This document shows positions 18,853-28,442 of a stretch of DNA of 64,000 nucleotides, one piece after another. The notes under the pieces are model-generated. The model was given only the letters and a program-made list of their open reading frames with translations. It had not been told where the DNA came from and ran no database searches. Each line of letters starts with the position of its first letter. Within the stretch, counting starts at the first letter, position 1. This stretch comes from Chloroflexota bacterium (GTDB taxonomy: Bacteria; Chloroflexota; Anaerolineae; Anaerolineales; E44-bin32), in NCBI GenBank assembly GCA_022561385.1, contig JADFRG010000003.1, forward strand, positions 66,049-130,048, read 5' to 3'. The translations under genes and the position numbers were made by a program.

Positions 18853-19962
18853 TCAGGATTCAATCTTCATACTGGGCTCATAGAGGCAGAGAGGGTCGCT
18901 TCCCAGGTAATTGCCGGTCTTCGCATAGGCTCGGGCCCGCGACCCCCCACAAATGCCATTGAATTCGCATCTTCCGCATTTGCCCCGATAGTTAATGGTG
19001 TCCCGAATGCTCCTGAACAGCTCGGAGTTGCGGTAGATTTCTACAGGACTGGATTTCCGAACGTTTCCAGCCGACAGGGGCAGAAAACCGGAAGGATAGA
19101 CCTCGCCGGCGTGAGAGATGAACATGATCCCGTTACCATCGCGCACGCCAAATCCCATCCCTATGGGGCTGCGCCAGATACTGGCGGCATCCTGCCCCTC
19201 CATTCCCATCTTTAACCAAGCCACGCGTCGGAAGTGGTGTGCCTCAGTCGTCGCGATCACAAACGGCGCTTCCTTGGAAAGGGCATAGAGCCACTCAAGC
19301 AACGTTTCGCACTGAGCAGGGCTGATCTCGTTCAGCAGGCGTCCACGGCCAACCGGAATCAGAAAGAAGAGGCTCCAGCGTATGATCCCCAAATTTTTGA
19401 CCAACGCATAGATCTGGGGGAGGTCTTTCAGCGTATCCGCCGTGATCAGCGTGTTAATCTGAAGGTGAAGTCCTGCTTCACGGGCAAGATTCGCGGCCCG
19501 GATCGTCCACTCGAAGCAGCCCGGTACCCCACGAAACGCATCGTGTTTTTCTGAAGTAGAACCGTCAAGGCTCAGAGAGATACTGCGAACACCACTGACC
19601 CCCAGTCGACGGATGCCAGCCTGTGCTAATTTGTGCGTGCCGCTTGGGGCGACTGACATGCGCATCTTCAGGCTAGCCCCGTACTCTACCAAGTCGAACA
19701 AGCTGGGAAACTTCATTGGATCGCCGCCGGTGAATACCAGGTGGGGTGCGGGTTCGCCGAATGAGTGGAGCTGCCTCATCAACACTTTGGCTTCGGACAA
19801 GCTCAATTCGCGCGGGTCACGCCAGTCAATCGCCTCAGCCCGACAATGTTTGCAAGCAAGATCACACGCTCGGGTAAGCTCCCAGTAGATGAGTAAAGGG
19901 GCCTCAGAGAAGGTCCGTTCACCAATCTCCTCCTGACTCTCAGTTATCAGCGAAGGATTCAT
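18853..19962 (-). CDS. radical SAM enzyme with C-terminal SPASM/twitch-like Cys cluster
   Basis: CDLACKHC (CxxxCxxC). C-terminal CGRCEFNGICGGSRARAYA...PLC. Start is ATG 19962 (MNPSLITE) or TTG 19995. Confidence 0.85.
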   Translation of the reverse strand: MNPSLITESQEEIGERTFSEAPLLIYWELTRACDLACKHCRAEAIDWRDPRELSLSEAKVLMRQLHSFGEPAPHLVFTGGDPMKFPSLFDLVEYGASLKMRMSVAPSGTHKLAQAGIRRLGVSGVRSISLSLDGSTSEKHDAFRGVPGCFEWTIRAANLAREAGLHLQINTLITADTLKDLPQIYALVKNLGIIRWSLFFLIPVGRGRLLNEISPAQCETLLEWLYALSKEAPFVIATTEAHHFRRVAWLKMGMEGQDAASIWRSPIGMGFGVRDGNGIMFISHAGEVYPSGFLPLSAGNVRKSSPVEIYRNSELFRSIRDTINYRGKCGRCEFNGICGGSRARAYAKTGNYLGSDPLCLYEPSMKIES

Positions 19963-20075
19963 TTGCAATCGATACCTCTGGCGCGGCTGCTCCAAAATTG
20001 CCCGTCACAGAGGAAGCTAAAGCCTCGGGAGGCACACCCACAGGCAGTGGGGGCATTTGGCGGAGCAAAAGGCAT
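19959..20075 (-). CDS. 38-codon Cys-rich small ORF overlapping the radical SAM ATG (candidate substrate peptide, speculative)
   Basis: Own translation: MPFAPPNAPTACGCASRGFSFLCDGQFWSSRARGIDCK. Its TGA overlaps ATG 19962 as ATGA. No strong SD. Confidence 0.25.
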   Translation of the reverse strand: MPFAPPNAPTACGCASRGFSFLCDGQFWSSRARGIDCK

Positions 20076-20091
20076 TGCACCGGGTTGAAGT

Positions 20092-20214
20092 TTAGCGACA
20101 AAAGCAGTCAGGCCGAAGGTCCAGGCGAGCAATTAGGAAGAGAATGATGTGTCTGAGACGCATGACGCGGGGATGTGAAGAAGATGGGCGCAGGTAATTG
20201 GCAATCTTGCTCAT
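20092..20214 (-). CDS. 40-codon small ORF upstream of the Cys-rich ORF (speculative)
   Basis: Own translation: MSKIANYLRPSSSHPRVMRLRHIILFLIARLDLRPDCFCR. GGAGGA lies 12 nt upstream. Confidence 0.12.
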   Translation of the reverse strand: MSKIANYLRPSSSHPRVMRLRHIILFLIARLDLRPDCFCR

Positions 20215-20586
20215 GGTTTCAAGGATTCCTCCATGGGCCCCCGACCTATCCCTCGGCGGTCCAATTGTCATCCATTGTAGGCTCTTCCAGCCTGCCGAGG
20301 CAGTGACATTATTCCTCTGGAGATATGTGCGATGTCATAGCGCGTCACCGTCTTCGGGTTTTACAGAGCCGGCACTTGGGCAGATCATCCAGGGGCCACA
20401 TCGAGAATCAGCAGCATCTTGAGGTGGTTTCATCTGTCTAAGGAATTGTCTTAGGTTGCATCGATCTGATAGACATGCCCGGAATCTCGAATCCCAATAG
20501 ACCGATCCATCTCAAAACGGTGTTTCTTCTCGGCCGTGGGCACAGCCAGTGAGGAGCCTACCGTAGCTGATTCGCCAATGGAATAG

Positions 20587-21442
20587 ATGGTAAGCTCCCG
20601 CGGCCGCTGAGATCAAGACCTTCTGGGCTGCGCTCTACGAGACCGATTTTGCACGTCTGCTGCTGGGAGAATCGTTTCACGCAGGCGGTCTTGAGCTGAC
20701 CGAGAGACCGGGGAACCTGCTCGATCTTCGTCTCGGACAGCGGGTGCTGGATGTCGCCTCCGGCACAGGTGCCAGTGCGGTTTTCCTGGCAGAGAGTTTC
20801 GGATGGGAGGTCGTGGGCACCGACTATAGTGCAGAACTCGTGGGCCAGGCGCGACGGCGCGCCCGAGAGGCTGGCCTGGGTCATCTCGTACGGTTCGAGC
20901 TTGGGGATTCGGAGAGTTCGCCCTTTCCGGACGGCGCCTTCGAGGCTCCGATTTGCCAATGCTACTTCTGCACCTTTCCAGATAAACACACTGCGGCTCG
21001 GGAGTTCGCGCGCGTGCTCAGGTCGTAAGGGCAAGTGGGGTTGAGGGACGTCACGCGGACCGGCCCCCTTCCGCCAGAACTATCCCGTCTCTTGGCCCAG
21101 ATCGTTTGCCTCGCGGAGGCGCCCTCTGATCGTTATGCGGCTCTGCTCGAGGAGGCCGGCTTTGGAATTGATCGGATCGAGATGCACGCGGAGGCCCTCA
21201 GATTGATGGTCAGAAATGTGCAAGCCAGGCTGCTTGGGGCAGATTTAATTCCCAAGGTAAAGAATATTGAATTACCAGGAGTTGACCTTGGACAGGCCAA
21301 GAGTGTTGCAGCCAGCGCAGCCGGTCCTGCGCTTTGGCGCTCAGATCGATTGGTCGGTTTCGGGAGAAGTAGTAGCCTGTCCTGCCTGCGCCAGTGCCCG
21401 CAGGCACAGGTGGGCGGACAGTCCAAGGAATGCCTTGGGTAG
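20587..21442 (+). pseudogene. decayed paralog of the ArsM-like methyltransferase at 32425..33225
   Basis: Visually about 80-85% nt identity over about 800 bp to the intact copy, in inverted orientation. Lesions: 4-nt deletion after the start (ATGGTAAGCTCC|CGCGG versus GTGATAACTTCCGCCCCCGCGG), TCC to TFW, in-frame TAA at 21026-21028, diverged 3' end. Confidence 0.75.
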
Positions 21443-21951
21443 TCCAACTATCCGCATTGGGGCCTCCTAGATTATCGGTTAACTTAAGGATGGCCCCAAT
21501 CTCTTTTCCCAGCTACTGTCTCACACGCATCTGAACCTAATCACTGCTGAGGTGCGACTTCAGGCGAAGTTTGTCGTGTAGGAAAAGCTGAGTCCGGATG
21601 GAAACGCAATCTACGTCTTGGACAATGTGAAGGGGTTGTCTAAAAAGTACCTTAGACAGCCCCTCGGCTTGACCGTACCGGTACACCGCCATCGAAGCGT
21701 GATTTGTTCGCGCTTGTCCAGGTCTATCGTGGAGTTCCAGGTGCAGATGCTGTGGGTGACGCTGATCCCCTCGGCCTGGGCTTCCCTGTCGGTGCGTCCT
21801 TCAACGTCAGAGGAGCCTTCGACTGCCGGCGGCAGTTCCTCGGGAACAGTGGCCTGGACTGAGGAACGGAATGGGCTGCCTCCCGGCAGCCCATGTAATC
21901 CGCTACAATTCTGACCCCTCGCGCTACTCTGTTACCTCACAAGGTGGTGCG

Positions 21952-22254
21952 CTACTTACAGAACCCGTTCTCTAGGGTTACTTCGTCCCAAGTCAGCCCG
22001 TCGGCCGTCACGTTGGTGACGGTGGTCGTGTAGCATCCCGACTTGGCGTTCTTCAAGCAAAAGGTCACGGTGCCGTCTGTGCCCGTCGTGCCGGTGCCCG
22101 AAGTAAGCAAGGAGCCGCCAAGGTTAAGATCAATGGAGACGGAAGCGCCCGCGACCGGCTGACCAGAGTCATCCACGAGGGCCACAGTGATGTTTAGGTG
22201 CCTATCGTTGCTCTTGCCGCCTTCGGTAGTGTAAGTGATCGAATCAACGCTCAC
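21952..22254 (-). CDS. Ig-like (Big_1/invasin-like) domain fragment, probably a gene remnant
   Basis: 100 aa from a GTG start with no signal peptide. The frame stays open upstream to about 22340 without ATG. Sequence has a Gly/Thr-rich beta-sandwich character. Confidence 0.35.
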   Translation of the reverse strand: MSVDSITYTTEGGKSNDRHLNITVALVDDSGQPVAGASVSIDLNLGGSLLTSGTGTTGTDGTVTFCLKNAKSGCYTTTVTNVTADGLTWDEVTLENGFCK

Positions 22255-22505
22255 CGTCGAGGCGGGAGCGCCGTCGCTCTTCCAGACCCGGACACTTGCC
22301 GCGCTGCTGGGTGCCGCGCATTCTTCGCTTGAAGCTCAATTAGGAACTGATTTGGCGACGTTGCCGGATCAGCCGGGATTTTCAGAGCGATGAAGCGCTT
22401 CTGCGCATTTCAGGTGCACATTGCACCATCAGGCCATGATCGGGATGCCTTGACAGTCTCCACCAATACGTGTTAACTTCTACAACCACAATCAAATAGG
22501 AAAAG

Positions 22506-22613
<108 letters not shown>

Positions 22614-22629
22614 ATGGTTATTAGACTCT

Positions 22630-22662
22630 GACCTCTCCAATCTTACGGCGGAGGTCTTTTTT
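22630..22662 (+). terminator. riboswitch expression-platform intrinsic terminator
   Basis: GACCTCTCC-loop-GGCGGAGGTC followed by TTTTTT, 36 nt before the ATG at 22698. Confidence 0.7.
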
Positions 22663-22697
22663 GTTGGACGGGATGGGAGCCCCGGAGGAGGACTCTC

Positions 22698-23912
22698 ATG
22701 GCAACACTCCCGTCGCAGACGGATCGAACACCAAGGCTCTCAACGGAAGCCGTGCACGCAGGCGAGAACAGGCCCTACCCGCACCACGCCCTGACCCTGC
22801 CCATCTTCGACACGTCGACATATACCTTTGAGAACACGGCAGACCTTCGTCAATTCATGGAAGCCCGCATGTGGGGGCTGGCGGAGGGACGGGTGGAGTA
22901 TGGGCGTTATGGCAACCCCACCATCTTCGAGGTCGAGGCCCGTGTGGCGGCGCTGTCGGGCGGCGAGGCGGCGGTTCTCATGTCTTCCGGTATGGCCGCC
23001 GTCACAAGCACGTTGCTCTCACTGCTCTATGCAGGAGATCACCTGGTGATCACGGACGATTCGTACCGGCGCACCCGGCAATTTTGTTTGACTTTCCTCA
23101 AGCGCTGGGGGATCGAGTGTTCGGTGGTCCCGGCCGGAGACCTGGAGCAGCTGGAGGCCGCCATCCGTCCCGAAACCAAAGTCATCGTCTCCGAGTCGCC
23201 AACCAACCCCTACATGCGGGTCCTGGATCTCGAGCGCCTGGTGGCTATCGCGAAGCGTCACAAGGTCAAGACCCTAATCGACAGCACTTTCGCAACCCCC
23301 ATCAATCAGCGGCCGCTCGAATTTGGCGTAGACCTGGTGGTGGATTCGGCTACGAAGTACCTCGGTGGCCACAATGATCTTCTGGCCGGGGCAGTAGTGG
23401 GTTCAGAATCGCTGATGGCCATGATTCGGCAGAACCAATGGGTCCTGGGAGCCGTATGCGATCCGCATACCGCCTACCTGATCCAACGCGGGCTCAAGAC
23501 ATTGGCACTCCGCGTTCATCAACAGAACACGAGCGCCATGAAGGTGGCCGAATTCCTGGAGGCCCAGGCCGGGGTCAGTCGCGTTTGGTATCCTGGACTG
23601 CGTTCTCATCCGGATCATGATATTGCCCGCCAGCAAATGGATGGTTTCGGAGGGGTAGTAAGTTTCGAGCTTGAGGGCGATCTGGAAACTACCAGCCGAT
23701 TCATTGATGCGGTTAAGCTCCCGCTCATCGCCTCCAGCCTGGGAGGGGTGGAGACGCTGATCGAGCAGCCGGCGCTCATGTCGTACTTCGAACTTTCCAG
23801 CGAAGAGCGGATGGAGATCGGCATCAAGGACAATCTCGTCCGGCTGGCAATTGGGATCGAGAGTCCGGAGGACTTGATAGCCGACCTGGCGGAGGCGCTT
23901 AAGGTTGTGTGA
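22698..23912 (+). CDS. Cys/Met-metabolism PLP enzyme (cystathionine gamma-synthase / gamma-lyase family)
   Basis: 404 aa. PLP-lysine motif [14 protein letters not shown]. Sits under a SAM-I riboswitch. Confidence 0.85.
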   Translation: MATLPSQTDRTPRLSTEAVHAGENRPYPHHALTLPIFDTSTYTFENTADLRQFMEARMWGLAEGRVEYGRYGNPTIFEVEARVAALSGGEAAVLMSSGMAAVTSTLLSLLYAGDHLVITDDSYRRTRQFCLTFLKRWGIECSVVPAGDLEQLEAAIRPETKVIVSESPTNPYMRVLDLERLVAIAKRHKVKTLIDSTFATPINQRPLEFGVDLVVDSATKYLGGHNDLLAGAVVGSESLMAMIRQNQWVLGAVCDPHTAYLIQRGLKTLALRVHQQNTSAMKVAEFLEAQAGVSRVWYPGLRSHPDHDIARQQMDGFGGVVSFELEGDLETTSRFIDAVKLPLIASSLGGVETLIEQPALMSYFELSSEERMEIGIKDNLVRLAIGIESPEDLIADLAEALKVV

Positions 23913-24074
23913 GGAGGACTAACGCTTGGGGTCAGCGCCGATCGATCGAGGGCTCTCCGGATCGTTTGACGTGGACCAATGCCAGTTTACGCTGAGCCGT
24001 GTCCCGATCCCACCAGGGATCGTTAACGACAATTACAGTTAGCCGTGCCCCCGAATTTTTCCCCCAACCTGGGA

Positions 24075-25448
24075 TTACCGCCGGCTCAAGATCTCCTCGG
24101 CGGCCTTCAACTGGTCCCTGACGGCACTGGGTGCGGTGCCGCCCAAGCTGCTCCTGCGCTCTAACGCCGCTTCAACGTCGAAGACCTCGACCACATCCTG
24201 CTCGAAGCGGCCATCCAGCACCCGCAGCTCTTGCAGGGGAACCTGGTCCAACGCGACCTGTTTCTCATCCGCCACTCTCACCACCCTGCCCGCGACGGCA
24301 TGCGCCTCTCTAAACGGCAGCCCTTTCCCAACCAGGTAATCCGCCAGATCGGTCGACAGCATGTCGGGCGTGATTGCGGCCGCCATCCGAGAGGGATGCA
24401 GCTGCAGCGTCCCGATCAGGCCGGTTAATACCGGCAAGACCTCGAGCAACGTGTCGTGAGCGTCGAAAACCGGCGGCTTGTCTTCCTGCAAGTCGTTGTC
24501 GTAAGCGGATGGCAGGCCTTTGAGGGTCGTCAGCAATCCGGTCAGATGGCCGACCAGGCGTCCGGCTTTGGCGCGGGTCAGCTCCAGGGCGCCGGGATTC
24601 CGCTTTTGGGGCATCAGGCTGGAGCCACTTGTGTAGCCCTCGTCGAGCTCGACGAATCCATATTCAGGGCCGCTGTATAAGATCAGCCCTTCCGCGTGGC
24701 GGCTGAGGTTCACCCCCAGCATCGCGGCCGCGAACAGGTACTCCACTGCGAAATCCCGGTCGGAGATCGCGTCGATACTGTTTGGACTGACCGAATCGAA
24801 GCCCAAATCGTCAGCGATCGCCTGGCGGTCGATCGGGTAAGCCGTGCCGGCCAGGGCCGCGGAGCCCAGAGGTAATACCGAAGCGGAAGCGCGTGCCAGG
24901 GCGAAACGGTCTCTGCTGCGGATGAGCGGCCAGAAGGCTGAGAGCATCCAGTGGCCCCAGGTGACCGGCTGTGCCGGCCGCATGTGCGTGTAACCCGGCA
25001 TCGGCAGGTCGACGCCGGCCCGTGCGCTCTGGACCATGGCCCTGGCCAGATCCAGAATCGCGACCTCGATCCGGTCGCAAGCGCGCATCACCCACAAGCG
25101 GAAATCGGTCGCCACTTGATCGTTCCGGCTGCGGCCGGTATGCAGTTTGCCGGCCACCGGACCTACCTGCTCGGTGAGCAGACGCTCGACGGCGGTGTGG
25201 ATATCTTCGTCGGTCGGGAGCGGTTCAAAGGCGGGGTCCGCGAGCGTTCCGCGAACTTCTTCTAACCCTGCGACGAGGGCTTCGACTTCGGATTCGGTCA
25301 GCACCCGCGCGCGGCCGAGCGCGCGAGCCCATGCCAGGCTGGCATCGACGTCCTCGCCATAAAGGCGGCGGTCGAACGAGAAGCTGTCGCTGAGTCGAGA
25401 AAATGCCGCGTCCGGCTCTTTTCCCATGCGACTTCCCCATAACCTCAT
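24075..25448 (-). CDS. argH: argininosuccinate lyase
   Basis: 457 aa. Fumarate-lyase signature GSSLMPQKRNP. Lies in the arg operon. Confidence 0.95.
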   Translation of the reverse strand: MRLWGSRMGKEPDAAFSRLSDSFSFDRRLYGEDVDASLAWARALGRARVLTESEVEALVAGLEEVRGTLADPAFEPLPTDEDIHTAVERLLTEQVGPVAGKLHTGRSRNDQVATDFRLWVMRACDRIEVAILDLARAMVQSARAGVDLPMPGYTHMRPAQPVTWGHWMLSAFWPLIRSRDRFALARASASVLPLGSAALAGTAYPIDRQAIADDLGFDSVSPNSIDAISDRDFAVEYLFAAAMLGVNLSRHAEGLILYSGPEYGFVELDEGYTSGSSLMPQKRNPGALELTRAKAGRLVGHLTGLLTTLKGLPSAYDNDLQEDKPPVFDAHDTLLEVLPVLTGLIGTLQLHPSRMAAAITPDMLSTDLADYLVGKGLPFREAHAVAGRVVRVADEKQVALDQVPLQELRVLDGRFEQDVVEVFDVEAALERRSSLGGTAPSAVRDQLKAAEEILSRR

Positions 25449-25463
25449 GCAGCTTACCCTCCG

Positions 25464-26684
25464 TTACGTTCGATATTCCGCATTGATCGACACATACTCG
25501 TGGGTCAGGTCGCAGGTCCAGACGGTGGCGGACGCCTCACCTTGCCCTAAGTCAAGCCGCAGGGTGATCTCCGGCTCAGCCAGGATCTTGGTGGCCTCGG
25601 CTTCTTCCCAGTCGGCCGCTTCGCCGGCCCGAACCAGCTGAAGCTCCCCCACGCCATCGCTGCTGATCCACAGCCCGAGTTGGCTGGGATCGAGCTCCAG
25701 GCCGGCGCGGCCGGCCGCGGCCAGCACCCGCCCCCAATTTGGATCTCCTCCGGCCAGAGCCGTCTTCACCAACGGAGAGGTGGCAATGGTTTTTGCGACT
25801 CGCACCGCGCCGGCTTCATCCTGCGCGCCCACCACCAACAATGTCACGAACTTCGAGGCGCCCTCCCCGTCTCGCACAATCGCGTGTGCAAGCGACAGGC
25901 AAACCTTATCGAGCGCCTCCGAGAAGCGCGCCACGCTAACCTCATCCTTCACCTCCACCCCGCTGGCGCCGTTGGTGAGGATCAGGACGCTGTCGTTGGT
26001 GCTGGTATCGCCATCTACCGAAATACGATTGAATGAACGATCCACTGCGCTACGCAGCAGCCGCTGCAAAACCGGCGCAGCGATGTTCGCGTCGCTAGTG
26101 AGCACCGCCAACAGGGTGGCCATGTCGGGATGGATCATTCCCGAGCCCTTAGCCATACCTCCGATCGTGATCGGTCCTCCAGGCAACTCCACTCGAACCG
26201 CAACCTGCTTGGAGCGGGTATCGGTGGTCATGATCGCCTCGGCGGCAGCTGTGCCGTTCTCCTTGGAAAGTTTCGCGTAGGACTGGCGAATGCCCACTTC
26301 CAGCTTCTTTACATCCAGCTGCTCGCCGATCAGGCCCGTGGAGAGCACCAGCACCTGCTCGGGGTTGCAGTTCAAGCTCTCGGCGGTGAGGCGCTGCATC
26401 TCGCGCGCGGCCTCCAGTCCGGCGGGGCCGGTGCACGCGTTGGCAACGCCAGAATTTGTGACGACGGCCCGGTACCGATCCGAATGGGTCTGGAGCGTCT
26501 CGCGGTCGAGGGTCACGGGCGCGGCCGGCAGTTGATTGCGGGTGAACACACCCGCGCCGCTGCAATCTCGCTGAGATACAACCAGTGCCAGATCCGGGGC
26601 GCCGGACGATTTTAAGCCGCAGGCGCTGGCCGCGGCCTCAAATCCCAGCGGGGCGGTTACTCCGCCGTCGGGGACAATCTGCAT
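25464..26684 (-). CDS. argJ: bifunctional ornithine acetyltransferase / N-acetylglutamate synthase
   Basis: 406 aa. Autoprocessing site context ATLLAVLTSDA. Full-length ArgJ similarity. Confidence 0.95.
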   Translation of the reverse strand: MQIVPDGGVTAPLGFEAAASACGLKSSGAPDLALVVSQRDCSGAGVFTRNQLPAAPVTLDRETLQTHSDRYRAVVTNSGVANACTGPAGLEAAREMQRLTAESLNCNPEQVLVLSTGLIGEQLDVKKLEVGIRQSYAKLSKENGTAAAEAIMTTDTRSKQVAVRVELPGGPITIGGMAKGSGMIHPDMATLLAVLTSDANIAAPVLQRLLRSAVDRSFNRISVDGDTSTNDSVLILTNGASGVEVKDEVSVARFSEALDKVCLSLAHAIVRDGEGASKFVTLLVVGAQDEAGAVRVAKTIATSPLVKTALAGGDPNWGRVLAAAGRAGLELDPSQLGLWISSDGVGELQLVRAGEAADWEEAEATKILAEPEITLRLDLGQGEASATVWTCDLTHEYVSINAEYRT

Positions 26685-26697
26685 TTCCGAAGGCCTC

Positions 26698-27942
26698 TCA
26701 ATCGCGTTGGACCGCGAGCTCGGGGGACGTGGAAGGGTCCTGTTCCGTCAGCGCCCGCACCTTCATCTGCAATCCGAAAAGGTCGATGAAGCCCTTCGCG
26801 TCGCGTTGATCATACACATCGTCGGCGCCGAAGGTGGCCAAATCCTCGCGGTAGAGGCTGTATGGGCTGGAGCGCGCAACGGCCGCTGCGCTGCCTTTAT
26901 AGAGCTTGACGCGCACCCATCCCGTCAGCGTTTCCTGGGATTCCGCTATGAAGGTCCCCAACGCGTGCCTTAAGGGAGTGAACCATTTGCCGTAGTAGAT
27001 CAACTCGGCATATCGAAGCGCGATCAACTCCTTGAAGTGAAGCATGTCTCGATCGAGGCAGATCGATTCGAGATCCTGATGGGCGACCGAGAGGATGGTC
27101 CCACCGGGGGTTTCGTAGACGCCGCGCGACTTCAGGCCCACCAGTCGATTTTCGACCATGTCCACCCGACCGATTCCGTGACGCGCACCCAGGGTATTCA
27201 GCTTTTCGATCAAGGCGGAAGGTCCGAGCTCCTCCCCATCCACTGAGGAAGGCACGCCTTGCCTAAAACCGATCTCCACCATCTGAGGCTGATCCGGCGC
27301 ATCTTCGGGGGAGGCGGTCCACTGAAACGGAGATTCCTCCGGCTCCTTCGCCGGATCTTCGAGCGGACCCCCCTCATGCGAGAAATGCCACAGATTGCGA
27401 TCGCGACTGTAAATGGAACGTGTGGTGGCCGAGACGGGGATGTTTTTCAGTTCCGCATACTCCAGCGCATCTTCCCGGGAGCGGATTTCCCACTCCCGCC
27501 AGGGAGCGATCACCTTGAGTTTCGGGGCAAGCGCCTTATACGTCAATTCAAACCGCACCTGATCATTGCCCTTGCCGGTGCAGCCGTGGGCAAGCGCATC
27601 GGCGCCCTCCTGAACCGCGGTGGCCGCCTGCCACTTGGCGATCAGCGGCCGCGCAATGGCGGTCCCTAACAAATACTTGTGCTCGTAGACCGCGCCGGAT
27701 TGCAGCATGGGAAAGAGGAAATCGCGTGCAAACTCTTCCCGAAGGTCTACCTGAACCAATTTGCTGGCGCCGCTTGCGACGGCCTTCTCCTCCAGCCCGG
27801 CCAGTTCCTCGCCCTGCCCGACATCCGCGGTGAAGCAGATCACTTCGCAATCGTATTTCTCACGCAACCAGGGAACGATGACGGAGGTGTCGAGCCCTCC
27901 TGAATACGCCAGTACTACTTTATGGATATCTGATTTCGACAC
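26698..27942 (-). CDS. argG: argininosuccinate synthase
   Basis: 414 aa. [12 protein letters not shown]-binding motif. Confidence 0.95.
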   Translation of the reverse strand: MSKSDIHKVVLAYSGGLDTSVIVPWLREKYDCEVICFTADVGQGEELAGLEEKAVASGASKLVQVDLREEFARDFLFPMLQSGAVYEHKYLLGTAIARPLIAKWQAATAVQEGADALAHGCTGKGNDQVRFELTYKALAPKLKVIAPWREWEIRSREDALEYAELKNIPVSATTRSIYSRDRNLWHFSHEGGPLEDPAKEPEESPFQWTASPEDAPDQPQMVEIGFRQGVPSSVDGEELGPSALIEKLNTLGARHGIGRVDMVENRLVGLKSRGVYETPGGTILSVAHQDLESICLDRDMLHFKELIALRYAELIYYGKWFTPLRHALGTFIAESQETLTGWVRVKLYKGSAAAVARSSPYSLYREDLATFGADDVYDQRDAKGFIDLFGLQMKVRALTEQDPSTSPELAVQRD

Positions 27943-27974
27943 GGAAACCTCCTAGTCGAACAAATAGCTCGGCG

Positions 27975-28442
27975 TCATGCGGCATTCAAATTCATGACAA
28001 CCGCCACTTCGTCGCAGTGATCCTGTATCGGGCAGAGTCGGCAGTCGCGCCACACTTTTTCAGGAAAACGCGGCGCCAGGCTGAGCTCGAATCCGAGCTT
28101 CTGGAAAAAACCCATGGCGCGGGTCAGGGCAAATAGTGTGTACACCCCGCGATCACGCGCCTCTTCGATGAGCGCTTGTCCAATCGCCATGCCCAGGCCG
28201 TTATGTTGGGACTCTGTGGACACCGCCAGGGAACGGACTTCGGTCAACGTCGAGGTGTACTGGACGAGCGAGCCGCAGGCCTGAACGGCATTACCCTGAA
28301 TTGCAACTACCCAATCATCTAAGCTCGATGCGATTTCACTGCGAGTACGGGGCAGCAGCTCGCCGTCTTTTGCGTAGCTCGCAACTAGATCAGCGATCCC
28401 CGGAACGTCGCGCGGCACCGCCCTGCGGATCTCAGTCTCCAT
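27975..28442 (-). CDS. GNAT acetyltransferase, short N-acetylglutamate-synthase-like
   Basis: GNAT motif A (RSLAVSTESQHNGLGMAIGQALIEEA). Inside the arg operon. Start METEIRR at 28442 overlaps the argD end by 11 nt. Confidence 0.7.
   Translation of the reverse strand: METEIRRAVPRDVPGIADLVASYAKDGELLPRTRSEIASSLDDWVVAIQGNAVQACGSLVQYTSTLTEVRSLAVSTESQHNGLGMAIGQALIEEARDRGVYTLFALTRAMGFFQKLGFELSLAPRFPEKVWRDCRLCPIQDHCDEVAVVMNLNAA

Noticed and set aside
20420-20587. Remnant of a Tes-like radical SAM 3' end upstream of the methyltransferase pseudogene, mirroring the intact locus.
   Set aside because: Only scattered short matches to the intact 33225-33420 sequence when compared by eye. Not convincing without a formal alignment.
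21026-21028. In-frame stop in the methyltransferase paralog as possible recoding.
   Set aside because: The codon is TAA (neither Sec nor Pyl), it replaces a Gly rather than a Cys, and the gene has additional lesions (5' 4-nt deletion, lost Cys pair, diverged 3' end). It is a pseudogene.
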